A DNA stretch of 64,000 nt, taken from NCBI GenBank assembly GCA_964016885.1, contig OZ024746.1, positions 101,184,001-101,248,000 of the forward strand. The letters run 5' to 3'. Of this stretch, positions 1-15,200 are shown piece by piece. A program made the translations under genes and the position numbers. The notes below the pieces were generated by a model. That model saw only the letters and a program-made list of their open reading frames with translations, did no database searches and was not told the DNA's origin. The DNA comes from Eledone cirrhosa. Lineage: Eukaryota. The stretch's first letter is position 1. Each line of letters starts with the position of its first letter.

Positions 1-334
1 CTCAGTTTATCTCTCAGTTGAATAATGCTACATCATTCATATACACTAATATCTATTGGAATACACTCAATATATCACCTTGATTACTTTGAGTGGCCAG
101 ACTGTCAGATGTCGCTTGAATCCACTGGTCACAGCATTCCTTCCATTCCATTCTTGATTTCTCTTTCCACCTTCTTGATTTCATCATCTCCAACCACAAC
201 TTCAGTATGATGGATCACATATTCACTCTGACGCCACTGTTGGAGTAACCAAAAAAGTACTGGTTGCCTCTGCATGTCGTGTTATGCCTACCTTGGAGTC
301 CAGGACAACCACAGAACCCTAAAGACCAAAACTG

Positions 335-665
335 GATATGGATGGATGGTCGTTGACTACGATAAGGCCTTTGACAATGTTAAGAATAATGCTGTACTAC
401 AGTCCCTTGAGAAGCAAGGGGCTGTGCATAGTACATGAACCTCCTTAGGCTGGTGGATGCAGGATGCACTTGGAGGTGGCCCTGTTATCATCACCCATGT
501 GTGTGTATGTCACAGTTGAGAAGGGCATCAAACAATGAGATAGTATCTCTCTGAAGCTCTTCATGTCATGTCTTAAAATGGTCATCAGAGACTAGGATGC
601 CAGGCTCACCAACCACCAGTTCACACATGAAATTACACTCATTGCAGAAAGTGCCGAGCATCTAT
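335..665 (+). mobile_element. Degenerate RTE-like LINE reverse transcriptase fragment
   Basis: Broken frames give VDYDKAFDNV..AVLQSLEKQG, VEKGIKQ*DSISLKLF and a corrupted FADD-region peptide. Confidence 0.6.
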
Positions 666-877
666 GATTCAAAGGCATTCCAGCTATGACCATCCTGATT
701 TTTGTGATATCTAGGAATATATTGAATAACATATCTATTTTTTAAAGATGGGAGGGTATTATCTGAAGGAGACTTGCTTGGTTGTTATTTCTAGCATGTC
801 AAAATGATCATTATAGAATCTCCTATGTTGGCACAGTGACTTCTGAGTAGAATGTTATGCCATGTATATTTATATAT

Positions 878-1222
878 CAATGTCAATGTGTGTGAACAAC
901 CAAGTATAGATGAGTTGAGAGTGAAACTGTGTATAAGAGGGATAAAGTTGTAGTGTGAGGGAGAGAAGACTGCGATGGTATGGACATGTGATGTGCATGG
1001 AGGATGACCGGTGGGTAAAGAAGTGTCAAGAAATCCCAGTGGAAGGAAGATACAGTAGAGGAAGACCACGAAAATCAGGGGCGGAGGTGGTGAGAGCAGA
1101 CCTCAGATCGTTGAGGCTGACAGAGATGACAAATGACCATGACAAGTGGAGAGATGCTGTGTTGAATAGGACCTGTCCTACCCTTGCAAGCAGGGAAAAG
1201 TGGATGTATGATGATGATGATA
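878..1222 (+). mobile_element. RTE LINE 3' fragment (family A) with (GAT)n tail
   Basis: RERRLRWYGHV...RGRPRK; highly similar to the 3' end of the element at 42247-42873. Confidence 0.85.
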
Positions 1223-1633
1223 TCTATCTCTAACACATTTTCTATTAAGATATGTTGCTAGAATAAAAAGTTCACTTTCCAATTACAAATTCCTGGCTTT
1301 TAACTCTATATTTGGCCCTGTAGATAGTTACTTCTCCAAAGGTACTCATATTCTGTGATTTCTACATATATGCTGACCTAACACTACAGGAAGTGAGGCC
1401 TTTTCTACATTTTAGTATGGGTTCATCTTTGTACTGTCTGACTTTTTATTACGTTTCTTTAAAAAAAAAAAAAAAAATAAAGAACAGAAAAAAAATAGAG
1501 GAGTGTTATAGGATTCCCAGAAAACAAGAATAAGTGCTTGATCTAGTATCAACCTCCTTGACCTTATTGATGTCTCTGTCTCTTATTGATGGTACTCCTG
1601 TAGAGGATATGAATACATCTGTGTATCTGAATA

Positions 1634-2288
1634 ACACACACACACACATACATACACACATATACACATATATACACACACACATACACACACACACATA
1701 CATACACACATACACACACATACATACACACATAAACATGCATATACATACGCACACACACAAAAAACATTCTCTGATATACACTTAAAACACAAATATT
1801 CACAAATATACATACATACAAATACACACTAACACATACATACACACATACAAATACACACTAACACATATATACACACATACAAATACACACTAACACA
1901 TACATACACACATACAAATACACACTAACACATACATACATACAAATACACACTAACACATATATACACACATGCAAATACACACTTACACATATATACA
2001 CACATACAAATACACACTAACACATATATACACACATGCAAATACACACTAACACATACATACATACATACAAATACACACTAACACATACATACATACA
2101 TACAAATACACACTAACACATCCATACATACAAATACACACTAACACATATATACACACATGCAAATACACACTAACACATACATACATACATACAAATA
2201 CACACTAACACATATATACACACATGCAAATACACACTAACACATACATACATACATACAAATACACACTAACACATATATACACACA
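1634..2288. repeat. (CA)/(ACAT)-rich minisatellite, unit ~CAAATACACACTAACACATACATACATA
   Basis: Direct inspection; the same array resumes after the RTE insertion at 3472. Confidence 0.9.
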
Positions 2289-3471
2289 TCCATGCTCAGT
2301 GTGTAGGAAAGGAGTAGGCAGAAACTCCATTTTATGTCCCAAATGCAAAGTATGGGTGCATAAAAGATGTAGTGGGATCACAGGTAAGCTAACTAAGAAT
2401 ATAGATTTTATATGTGGCCGGTGCTCAGGTGCAATAAGTAGCAGCAAGTGACTACAGAATACTAGCTCATTCCATTGCACAGATGGTTCTATAGAAATAG
2501 TGGACACCTTCCATTACCTGGGTGACCAAATCAGCAGTGGGGGAGGGTGCTCTGAAAGTACAGTAGCTAGAGTCAGAACGGGATGGAAAAAGTTCTGAGA
2601 GCTTATACCACTATTAGCTGCTAAAGGGTTCTCTCTAAAAATAAAAGGCAGGCTGTATGATGCCTGCATACGAACAGCAATGTTACATGGCAGTGAGACC
2701 TGGGCATTGTGTGCAGAGGATATACGGAGACTGGAGAGGAATGAAGCTTGCATGCTCCTTTGGATGTGTAATAGTAATATACACGAACGGCAAAGCATAA
2801 ATGAACTAAGTGAGAAATTAGGAATAAGAGGGATCAGATGCTGTTTACTCGAGAGAAGACTACGTTGGTACGGTCACGTGATGCGCATGAAAGACGACAG
2901 CTGTATAAAAAAGTGCAGAGCGTTAAAAATAGACGGTAGCCAGGGAGTAGGCAGACCCAGAAAGACCTGGGACGACTTGATAAATTCCGACCTCACACAC
3001 ACCTCTCCAAGACAATGTCACTGGACCGAGATTTTTGGCGGTACTCAGTAATAGAGAAGACCCGCCTTACCTAAGTACAAAGCAAAACTTACAGTCAGTA
3101 GGCACCTCTAACAAAAATACACCCCCGTCCCACTACCCCCGTCCCACTACCCCCACCCCATCCACACCCCTTCTATGTAAAGTTATGTTGGTGCCACAAC
3201 ATCCAGCCCGAAACAAATGAGGTCGTGTAGGTGTCACGACAAAAAAACACAGTCCACGCTGTAATGTGGCCATGTAGGCAACACGGTAAAAACCTCCCAG
3301 CCCCACACTGTAAACGTGGTTGGTGTTAGGAAGGGCATCCAGCCGTAGAAAACCCGCCAGACAGTCCTATACGAGCAAGACAACCACTCTTGCCTCAAGT
3401 GGGAAAACCCCCGTCCAAACCCATGCAAGCGTGGAATATGGACGTTAAACGATGATGATGATGATGATGAT
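2289..3471 (+). mobile_element. 5'-truncated RTE LINE (family B) including 3' UTR and (GAT)n tail, inserted into the minisatellite
   Basis: PCSVCRKGVGRNSILC..C..WVHKRCSG zinc-finger-like insert, MLHGSETW, RRLRWYGHV; UTR motif GTTGGTGTTAGGAAGGGCATCCAGC...GGACGTTAAACGATGATGATG; in-frame stops. Confidence 0.88.
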
Positions 3472-4885
3472 ACAAATACACACACATACATACATACAAA
3501 TACACACACATACATACATACAAATACACACTTTCACATACATACATACATGCAAATACACACTAACACATACATACATGCAAATACACACACATACATA
3601 CATACATACAAATACACACTAACACATACATACATACATGCAAATACACACTAACACATACACACATACAAATACACACTAACACATACATACATACAAG
3701 CAAATACACATACATACATACATGCAAATACACACTAACACATACATACATACATACAAATACACACTAACACATACATACATACATGCAAATACACACT
3801 AACACATATATACATACATGCAAATACACACTAACACATACATACATACAAATACACACTAACACATACATACATACAAATACACACTAACACATACATA
3901 CATACATACAAATACACACTTTCACATACATACATACATACAAATACACACTGACACATACATACATACATACAAATACAGACTAACACATACATACATA
4001 CAAATACACACACATACATACATACATACAAATACACACTAACACATACATACATACAAATACAGACTAACACATACATACACACATGCAAATACACACT
4101 TACACATATATATACATACAAATACACACTAACATATACATACATACATACAAATACACACTAACACATACATACATACATGCAAATACACACTAACACA
4201 TACACACATACAAATACACACTAACACATACATACATACAAGCAAATACACATACATACATACATGCAAATACACACTAACACATACATACATACATACA
4301 AATACACACTAACACATACATACATACATGCAAATACACACTAACACATATATACATACATGCAAATACACACTAACACATACATACATACAAATACACA
4401 CTAACACATACATACATACAAATACACACTAACACATACATACATACATACAAATACACACTTTCACATACATACATACATACAAATACACACTGACACA
4501 TACATACATACATACAAATACAGACTAACACATACATACATACAAATACACACACATACATACATACATACAAATACACACTAACACATACATACATACA
4601 AATACAGACTAACACATACATACACACATGCAAATACACACTTACACATATATATACATACAAATACACACTAACATATACATACATACATACAAATACA
4701 CACTAACACATACATACATACATGCAAATACACACTAACAGACTTACACATATATACATACATGCACATACACACTAACAGACTTACACATATATACATA
4801 TATGCACATACACACTTACATATACATACATACAAATACACACTTACACATATATACATACATCAACACTGCAATATACACACAT
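3472..4885. repeat. (ACAT)/(CA)-rich minisatellite containing a 542-bp-offset block duplication
   Basis: ORFs 3831-4145 and 4373-4687 are identical (offset 542). Confidence 0.9.
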
Positions 4886-5099
4886 ATGTAAAGAAAGGTT
4901 AATTCAAACTCGGATCTACCATTATCCATTGTCTCTTTATAGAGTGAAATGATTTCAAGAAACATTATGTCAAAACTGGATAAAATATTGTCTAATATTC
5001 ACTTGAAAATAGAGTCGGGTGTTTTGAAGAAACAGTATTACAATATTAGCTTTAATGTTATTCAGAATTTAAAGAGACATTATCTGAAAATTGTGTTGT

Positions 5100-5485
5100 T
5101 CAGGTAGAGAGACTACTTTGATATCTGCAGCAGCATCCTTAGTGACAAACAGATACATATGTTCTCATCTCACTAAATTGAGTAATTGACAAGGGCTGTT
5201 GAATAGTGGAGATAAATGTTGCTCTTTCAGCCAATATCATAAGGATCAACATGGTTGAGAATCAAATGTTTGATATAAACGGAAGTCGTCTTCATGATAT
5301 TCTTCAGGATGTTAATATCTCGGATAATTTTAATGCTTGTATTCCGACCAAAGAAAGGAATTTCATAGTCATTGGACTTTGGCCACAATCTTGTAGGTTA
5401 TCCTCCACCTCAAAAGCCATGAGCCAAGTTGAAACGTTTTCGACAGACTGTAAGTTTATGTCACCAAGAAATTTTCCTTACTCTT
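5100..5485 (-). mobile_element. Possible degenerate Gypsy LTR-retrotransposon gag fragment
   Basis: Minus-strand translation with stops: ...MKFLSLVGIQAL...ILAERATFISTIQQPLSITQF.EMRTYVSVCH, resembling the gag motif IAERxxF..xxQxxxES...F...LR.....C. Confidence 0.4.
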
Positions 5486-5580
5486 GTGATGATGCACTTG
5501 TGGTCTCTTGTTTATTGCCTGAGGAACAGTAATTTATAAATGTCTATTTTGACACAATGAAGCACAATAAACTGAATAAT

Positions 5581-6242
5581 TGTTGAACTCTAGAACTGGA
5601 ACTGAAGAAGTGTAGGACTGTGGAACTGTGGAACTGGAACTGAAGAAGTGTAGGACTGTGGAACTGTAGAACTGTAGAAGTGTAAAACTGTAAAACAGTA
5701 GAACTGTAGAAATGTAGAAGTGTTGAACTGTTGAACTGGAGAACTGTATAACTGTTGAACTGTTGAACTGTGGAACTATGGAACTGTAGAACTGTTGAAC
5801 TGTTGAATTGTTGAACTGTTGAACTGTTGAACTGTAGAACTGTAGAACTGTTGAACTGTAGAACTGTTGAATTGTAGAACTGTAGAACTGTTGAACTGTA
5901 GAACTGTTGAACTGTTGAACTGTGGAACTATGGAACTGTAGAACTGTTGAACTGTGGAACTGTAGAACTGTAGAACTGTAGAACTGTAGAGCTGAAGAAC
6001 TATAGAACTGTAGAACTGTAGAACTGTAGAACTGAAGAACTATAGAACTGTAGAACTGTAGAACTGTAGAAACTATTGAACTGTAGAACTGTAGAACTGT
6101 AGAACTGTGGAAATGTAGAGCTGTTGAACTGTAGAACTGTAGAACTGTAGAACTGTAGAACTATAGAATTGTAGAACTGTAGAACTGTAGAACTGTAGAA
6201 CTGTAGAAACTATTGAACTCTAGAACTGTAGAACTGTAGAAC
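5581..6242. repeat. 8-bp tandem repeat (GAACTGTA)n with GAACTGTT/GAACTGTG variants
   Basis: Direct inspection. Confidence 0.95.
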
Positions 6243-9200
6243 TGTGTAGTAACTACTAGATACTGTGTAGTAACTACTAGATACTGTGTGGTACATACTA
6301 GATACTGTGTAGTATATACTAGATAGTGTGTAGTAACTACTAGATACTGTGTAGCATATACTAGATACTGTGTAGTAAATACTAGATAGTGTGTAGAAAC
6401 TACTAGATACTGTGTAGTAACTACTAGATACTGTGTAGTACATACTAGATACTGTGTAGTATATACTAGATAGTGTGTAGTAACTACTAGATACTGTGTA
6501 GTAACTACTAGATACTGTGTAGTATATACTATATACTGTGTAGTATATACTATATACTGTGTAGTATATATTAGATACTGTGTAGTATACACTAGATACT
6601 GTGTAGTATACACTAGACACTGTGTAGTATATAATAGATACTGTGTAGTAACTACTAGATACTGTGTAGTATATACTAGATACTGTGTAGTATATAATAG
6701 ATCCTGTGTAGTAACTACTAGACACTGTGTAGTATATAATAGATACTGTGTAGTAACTACTAGATACTGTGTAGTATATACTAAATATGGTGTAGTATAT
6801 ACTAGATACTGTGTAGTATATACAAGATAATGTGTAGTATATACTAGATACTGTGTAATATATACTAGATACTGTGTAGTACATACTGGATACTGTGTAG
6901 TATATACTAGATAGTGTGTAGTATATACTAGATACTGTGTAGTAACTACTAGATACTGTGTAGTAACTACTGGACACTGTGTAGTAACTACTAGATACTG
7001 TGTAGTATATACTAGATACTGTGTAATAACTACTAGATACTGTGTAGTAACTACTAGATACTGTGTAGTACATACTAGATACTGTGTAGTATATACTAGA
7101 TAGTGTGTAGTAACTACTAGATACTGTGTAGTATATACTAGATACTGTGTAGTATATACTAGATAGTGTGTAGAAACTACTAGATACTGTGTAGTAACTA
7201 CTAGATACTGTGTAGTACATACTAGATACTGTGTAGTATATACTAGATAGTGTGTAGTAACTACTAGATACTGTGTAGTAACTACTAGATACTGTGTAGT
7301 ATATACTATATACTGTGTAGTATATACTATATACTGTGTAGTATATATTAGATACTGTGTAGTATACACTAGATACTGTGTAGTATACACTAGACACTGT
7401 GTAGTATATAATAGATACTGTGTAGTAACTACTAGATACTGTGTAGTATATACTAGATACTGTGTAGTATATAATAGATCCTGTGTAGTAACTACTAGAC
7501 ACTGTGTAGTATATAATAGATACTGTGTAGTAACTACTAGATACTGTGTAGTATATACTAAATACGGTGTAGTATATACTAGATACTGTGTAGTATATAC
7601 AAGATATTGTGTAGTATATACTAGATACTGTGTAATATATACTAGATACTGTGTAGTACATACTGGATACTGTGTAGTATATACTAGATACTGTGTAGTA
7701 TATACTAGATACTGTGTAGTAACTACTAGATACTGTGTAGTAACTAGTGGACACTGTGTAGTAACTACTAGATACTGTGTAGTATATACTAGATACTGTG
7801 TAGTATATACTAGATACTGTGTAGTATACACGAGATACTGTGTAGTAACTACTAGATACTGTGTAGTAAGTACTAGATACTGTGTAGTATATACTAGATA
7901 CTGTGTAGTATATACTAGATACTGTGTAGTATATACAAGATACTGTGTAGTATATACTAGATACTGTGCAGTAACTACTAGATACTGTGTAGTATATACT
8001 AGATACTGTGTAGTACAAACTAGATACTGTGTAGTATATACTAGATACTGTGTAGTAGAAACTAGATACTGTGTAGTACATACTAGATACTGTGTAGTAT
8101 ATACTAGATACTGTGTAATAACTACTAGATACTGTGTAGTACATACTAGTTACTGTGTAGTAACTACTAGATATTGTGTAGTATATACTAGCTACTGTGT
8201 AGTAACTACTACATATTGAGTAGTATATACTGTGTAGTATATACTAGATACTGTGTAGTATATACTAGATACTGTGTAGTATATACTAGATACTGTGTAG
8301 TAACTACTAGATACTGTGTAGTATATACTAGATACTGTGTAGTATATACTAGATAGTGTGTAGAAACTACTAGATACTGTGTAGTAACTACTAGATACTG
8401 TGTAGTACATAGTAGATACTGTGTAGTATATACTAGATAGTGTGTAGTAACTACTAGATACTGTGTAGTAACTACTAGATACTGTGTAGCATATACTATA
8501 TACTGTGTAGTATATACTATATACTGTGTAGTATATATTAGATACTGTGTAGTATACACTAGATACTGTGTAGTATATAATACATACTGTGTAGTAACTA
8601 CTAGATACTGTGTAGTATATACTAGATACTGTGTAGTATATAATAGATCCTGTGTAGTAACTACTAGACACTGTGTAGTATATAATAGATACTGTGTAGT
8701 AACTACTACATACTGTGTAGTATATACTAAATACGGTGTAGTATATACTAGATACTGTGTAGTATATACAAGATACTGTGTAGTATATACTAGATACTGT
8801 GTAATATATACTAGATACTGTGTAGTACATACTGGATACTGTGTAGTATATACTAGATACTGTGTAGTATATACAAGATACTGTGTAGTATATACTAGAT
8901 ACTGTGTAATATATACTAGATACTGTGTAGTACATATTGGATACTGTGTAGTATATACTAGATACTGTGTAGTATATACTAGATACTGTGTAGTAACTAC
9001 TAGATACTGTGTAGTAACTACTGGACACTGTGTAGTAACTACTAGATACTGTGTAGTATATACTAGATACTGTGTAATAACTACTAGATACTGTGTAGTA
9101 ACTACTAGATACTGTGTAGTACATACTAGATACTGTGTAGTATATACTAGATAGTGTGTAGTAACTACTAGATACTGTGTAGTATATACTAGATACTGTG

Positions 9201-12200
9201 TAGTACATACTAGATAGTGTGTAGAAACTACTAGATACTGTGTAGTAACTACTAGATACTGTGTAGTACATACTAGATACTGTGTAGTATATACTAGATA
9301 GTGTGTAGTAACTACTAGATACTGTGTAGTAACTACTAGAAACTGTGTAGTATATACTATATACTGTGTAGTATATACTATATACTGTGTAGTATATATT
9401 AGATACTGTGGAGTATACACTAGATACTGTGTAGTATACACTAGACACTGTGTAGTATATAATAGATACTGTGTAGTAACTACTAGATACTGTGTAGTAT
9501 ATACTAGATACTGTGTAGTATATAATAGATCCTGTGTAGTAACTACTAGACACTGTGTAGTATATAATAGATACTGTGTAGTAACTACTAGAAACTGTGT
9601 AGTATATACTAAATACGGTGTAGTATATACTAGATACTGTGTAGTATATACAAGATACTGTGTAGTATATACTAGATACTGTGTAATATATACTAGATAC
9701 TGTGTAGTACATACTGGATACTATGTAGTATATATTAGATACTGTGTAGTATATACTAGATACTGTGTAGTAACTACTAGATACTGTGTAGTAACAACTG
9801 GACACTGTGTAGTAACTACTAGATACTGTGTAGTATATACTAGATACTGTGTAATAACTACTAGATACTGTGTAGTAACTACTAGATACTGTGTAGTACA
9901 TACTAGATACTGTGTAGTATATACTAGATAGTGTGTAGTAACTACTAGATACTGTGTAGTAACTACTAGATACTGTGTAGTATATACTAGATACTGTGTA
10001 GTATATACTAGATAGTGTGTAGAAACTACTAGATACTGTGTAGTAACTAGTAGATACTGTGTAGTACATACTAGATACTGTGTAGTATATACTAGATAGT
10101 GTGTAGTAACTACTAGATACTGTGTAGTAACTACTAGATACTGTGTAGTATATACTATATACTGTGTAGTATATACTATATACTGTGTAGTATATATTAG
10201 ATACTGTGTAGTATACACTAGATACTGTGTAGTATACACTAGACACTGTGTAGTATATAATAGATACTGTGTAGTAACTACTAGATACTGTGTAGTATAT
10301 ACTAGATACTGTGTAGTATATAATAGATCCTGTGTAGTAACTACTAGACACTGTGTAGTATATAATAGATACTGTGTAGTAACTACTAGATACTGTGTAG
10401 TATATACTAAATACGGTGTAGTATATACTAGATACTGTGTAGTATATATAAGATACTGTGTAGTATATACTAGATACTATGTAATATATACTAGATACTG
10501 TGTAGTACATACTGGATACTGTGTAGTATATACTAGATACTGTGTAGTATATACTAGATACTGTGTAGTAACTACTAGATACTGTGTAGTATATACTAGA
10601 TACTGTGTAGTATACACGAGATACTGTGTAGTATATACTAGATACTGTGTAATAACTACTAGATACTGTGTAGTATATACTAGATACTGTGTAGTATATA
10701 CTAGATACTGTGTAGTATACACGAGATACTGTGTAGTAACTACTAGACACTGTGTAATAAGTACTAGATACTGTGTAGTATATACTAGATACTGTGTAGT
10801 ATATACAAGATACTGTGTAGTATATACTAGATACTGTGCAGTAACTACTAGATACTGTGTAGTATATACTAGATACTGTGTAGTACAAACTAGATACTGT
10901 GTAGTATATACTAGATACTGTGTAGTAGAAACTAGATATTGTGTAGTACATACTAGATACTGTGTAGTATATACTAGATACTGTGTAATAACTACTAGAT
11001 ACTGTGTAGTACATACTAGTTACTGTGTAGTAACTACTAGATATTGTGTAGTATATACTAGCTACTGTGTAGTAACTACTACATATTGAGTAGTATATAC
11101 TGTGTAGTATATACTAGATACTGTGTAGTATATACTAGATAGTGTGTAGAAACTACTAGATACTGTGTAGTAACTACTAGATACTGTGTAGTACATACTA
11201 GATACTGTGTAGTATATATTAGATAGTGTGTAGTAACTACTAGATACTGTGTAGTAACTACTAGATACTGTGTAGCATATACTATATACTGTGTAGTATA
11301 TACTATATACTGTGTAGTATATATTAGATACTGTGTAGTATACACTAGATACTGTGTAGTATACACTAGACACTGTGTAGTATATAATAGATACTGTGTA
11401 GTAACTACTAGATAATGTGTAGTATATACTAGATACTGTGTAGTATATAATAGATCCTGTGTAGTAATTACTAGACACTGTGTAGTATATAATAGATACT
11501 GTGTAGTAACTACTAGATACTGTGTAGTATATACTAAATACGGTGTAGTACATACTAGTTACTGTGTAGTATATACAAGATACTGTGTAGTATATACTAG
11601 ATACTGTGTAATATATACTAGATACTGTGTAGTACATATTGGATACTGTGTAGTATATACTAGATACTGTGTAGTATATACTAGATACTGTGTAGTAACT
11701 ACTAGATACTGTGTAGTAACTACTGGACACTGTGTAGTAACTACTAGATACTGTGTAGTATATACTAGATACTGTGTAATAACTACTAGATACTGTGTAG
11801 TAACTACTAGATACTGTGTAGTACATACTAGATACTGTGTAGTATATACTAGATAGTGTGTAGTAACTACTAGATACTGTGTAGTATATACTAGATACTG
11901 TGTAGTATATACTAGATAGTGTGTAGAAACTACTAGATACTGTGTAGTAACTACTAGATACTGTGTAGTATATACTATATACTGTGTAGTATATACTATA
12001 TACTGTGTAGTATATATTAGATACTGTGTAGTATACACTAGATACTGTGTAGTATACACTAGACACTGTGTAGTATATAATAGATACTGTGTAGTAACTA
12101 CTAGATACTGTGTAGTATATACTAGATACTGTGTAGTATATAATAGATCCTGTGTAGTAACTACTAGACACTGTGTAGTATATAATAGATACTGTGTAGT

Positions 12201-15200
12201 AACTACTAGAAACTGTGTAGTATATACTAAATACGGTGTAGTATATACTAGATACTGTGTAGTATATACAAGATACTGTGTAGTATATACTAGATACTGT
12301 GTAATATATACTAGATACTGTGTAGTACATACTGGATACTGTGTAGTATATATTAGATACTGTGTAGTATATACTAGATACTGTGTAGTAACTACTAGAT
12401 ACTGTGTAGTAACTACTGGACACTGTGTAGTAACTACTAGATACTGTGTAGTATATACTAGATACTGTGTAATAACTACTAGATACTGTGTAGTAACTAC
12501 TAGATACTGTGTAGTACATACTAGATACTGTGTAGTATATACTAGATAGTGTGTAGTAACTACTAGATACTGTGTAGTATATACTAGATACTGTGTAGTA
12601 TATACTAGATAGTGTGTAGAAACTACTAGATACTGTGTAGTAACTACTAGATACTGTGTAGTACATACTAGATACTGTGTAGTATATATTGGATAGTGTG
12701 TAGTAACTACTAGATACTGTGTAGTATATACTAGATACTGTGTAGTATATAATAGTTACTGTGTAGTAGCTACTAGATACTGTGTAGTTCATAGTAGATA
12801 CTATGTAATATATACTAGATACTGTGTAGTACACACTAGATACTGTGTAGTATATACTAGATACTGTGTAGCTTACAATAGATACTGTGTGTAACTACTA
12901 GATACTGTGTAGTATATACTAGATACTGTGTAGTAACTAGTAGATACTGTGTAGTATATATTAGATACTGTGTAGTAACTAGTAGATACTGTGTAGTAAC
13001 TACTAGATACTGTGTAGTATATACTAGTTACTGTGTAATATATACTAGATATTGTGTAGTATATACTAGATACTGTGTAGTATATACTAGATACTGTGTA
13101 GTATATAATAGTTACTGTGTAGTAGCTACTAGATACTGTGTAGTTCATAGTAGATACTGTGTAGTATATACTAGAGACTGTGTAGTACATACTAGATACT
13201 GTGTAGTAACTAGTAGATACTGTATAGTATAGACTAGATACTGTTTAATATATACTAGATACTGTGTAGTAACTACTAGATACTGTGTTCTATATACTAT
13301 ATACTGTGTACTAACTAGTAGATACTGTGTAGTATATACTAGATACTGTGTAGTACATACTAGATACTGTGTAGTATATGCTAGATACTATGTAGTATAT
13401 ACTGGATACTGTGTAGTAACTACTAGATACTGTGTAGTATATACTAAATACTGTGTAGTAACTAGTAGATACTGTGTAGTAACTACTAGATACTGTGTAG
13501 TATATACTAGATACTGTGTAGTAACTACTAGATACTGTGTAGTATATACTAGATACTGTGTAGTATATACTAGATACTGTGTAGTATATACTAGTTACTG
13601 TGTAGTATATACTAGATACTGTGTAGTAACTACTAGATACATTGTAGTATATACTAGATACTGTGTAGTATATACTAGATACTGTGTAGTATATACTAGT
13701 TACTGTGTAGTATATACTAGATACTGTGTAGTATATACTAGATACTGTGTAGTATATACTAGATACTGTGTAGTATATACTACATACTGTTTACTGTATA
13801 CTAGATACTGTGTAGTATATACACATACTGTGTAGTAACTAGTAGATACTGTGTAGTAACTACTAGATACTGTGTAGTATATACTAGATACTGTGTAGTA
13901 ACTACTAGATACTGTGTAGTATATACTAGATACTGTGTAGTATAAACTAGATACTGTGTAGTATATACTATATACTCTGTAGTATATACTAGATACTGTG
14001 TAGTATATACTAGATACTGTGTAGTAAACACTAGATACTGTGTAGTATATATTAGATACTGCGTAGTATATACTAGATACTGTGTAGTACATACTAGATA
14101 CTGTGTAGTATATACTAGATACTGTATAGTATATACTAGATACTGTGTAGTAACTACTAGATACTGTGTAGTATATACTAGATACTGTGTAGTATATACT
14201 AGATACTGTGTAGTATATACTAGATACTGTGTAGTATATACTAGATACTGTGTAGTAACTACTAGATACTGTGTAGTAACTACTAGATACTGTGTAGTAT
14301 ATACTAGATACTGTGTAGTACATACTATATACTGTGTACTATATACTAGATACTGTGTAGTAACTAGTAGATACTGTGTAGTATATACTAGATACTGTGT
14401 AGTATATACTAGATACTATGTAGTAACTAGTAGATACAGTGTAGTATATACTAGATACTGTGTAGTAATTACTAGATATTGTGTAGTATATACTAGATAC
14501 TGTTTAGTATATACTAGATACTGTGTAGTATATACTAGATACTGTGTAGTATAAACTAGATATTGTGTAGTATATAATAGTTACTGTGTAGTAGCTACTA
14601 GATACTGTGTAGTTCATAGTAGATACTATGTAGTATATACTAGATACTGTGTAGTATATACTAGATACTGTGTAGTATATACTAGATACTGTGTAGTATA
14701 TATATAGATACTGTGTAGTATATACTATATACTGTGTAGTATATACTAGATACTGTGTAGCATATACTAGATACTGTGTAGTATATACTTGATACTGTGT
14801 AGTATATACTAGATACTCTGTATTATATACTAGATACTGTGTAGTATATACTAGATACTGTGTAGTACATACTAGATACTGTGTAGTATACACTAGATAC
14901 TGTGTAGTATATACTAGATACTGTGTAGCTTACACTAGATACTGTGTAGTAACTAGTAGATACTGTGTAGTAACTACTATATACTGTGTAGTATATACTA
15001 GATACTGTGGAGCATATACTAGATACTGTGTAGTATATACTAGATACTGTGTAGTATATACTAGATACTGTGTAGTATATACTAGATACTATGTAGTAAC
15101 TACTAGATACTGTGTAGTAACTAGTAGATACTGTGTAGTATAGACTAGATACTGTGTAGTATATACTAGATCCTGTGTAGTATATACTAGATACTGTGTA

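Noticed and set aside
1506-1628. Possible minus-strand terminal exon after ttattcag (YTDVFISSTG...FLGIL*)
   Set aside because: No recognisable homology and no partner exon; cannot be supported without transcript data.
5206-5532. 108-aa plus-strand ORF
   Set aside because: No recognisable domain; the opposite strand resembles a decayed gag, so this is probably a shadow ORF.
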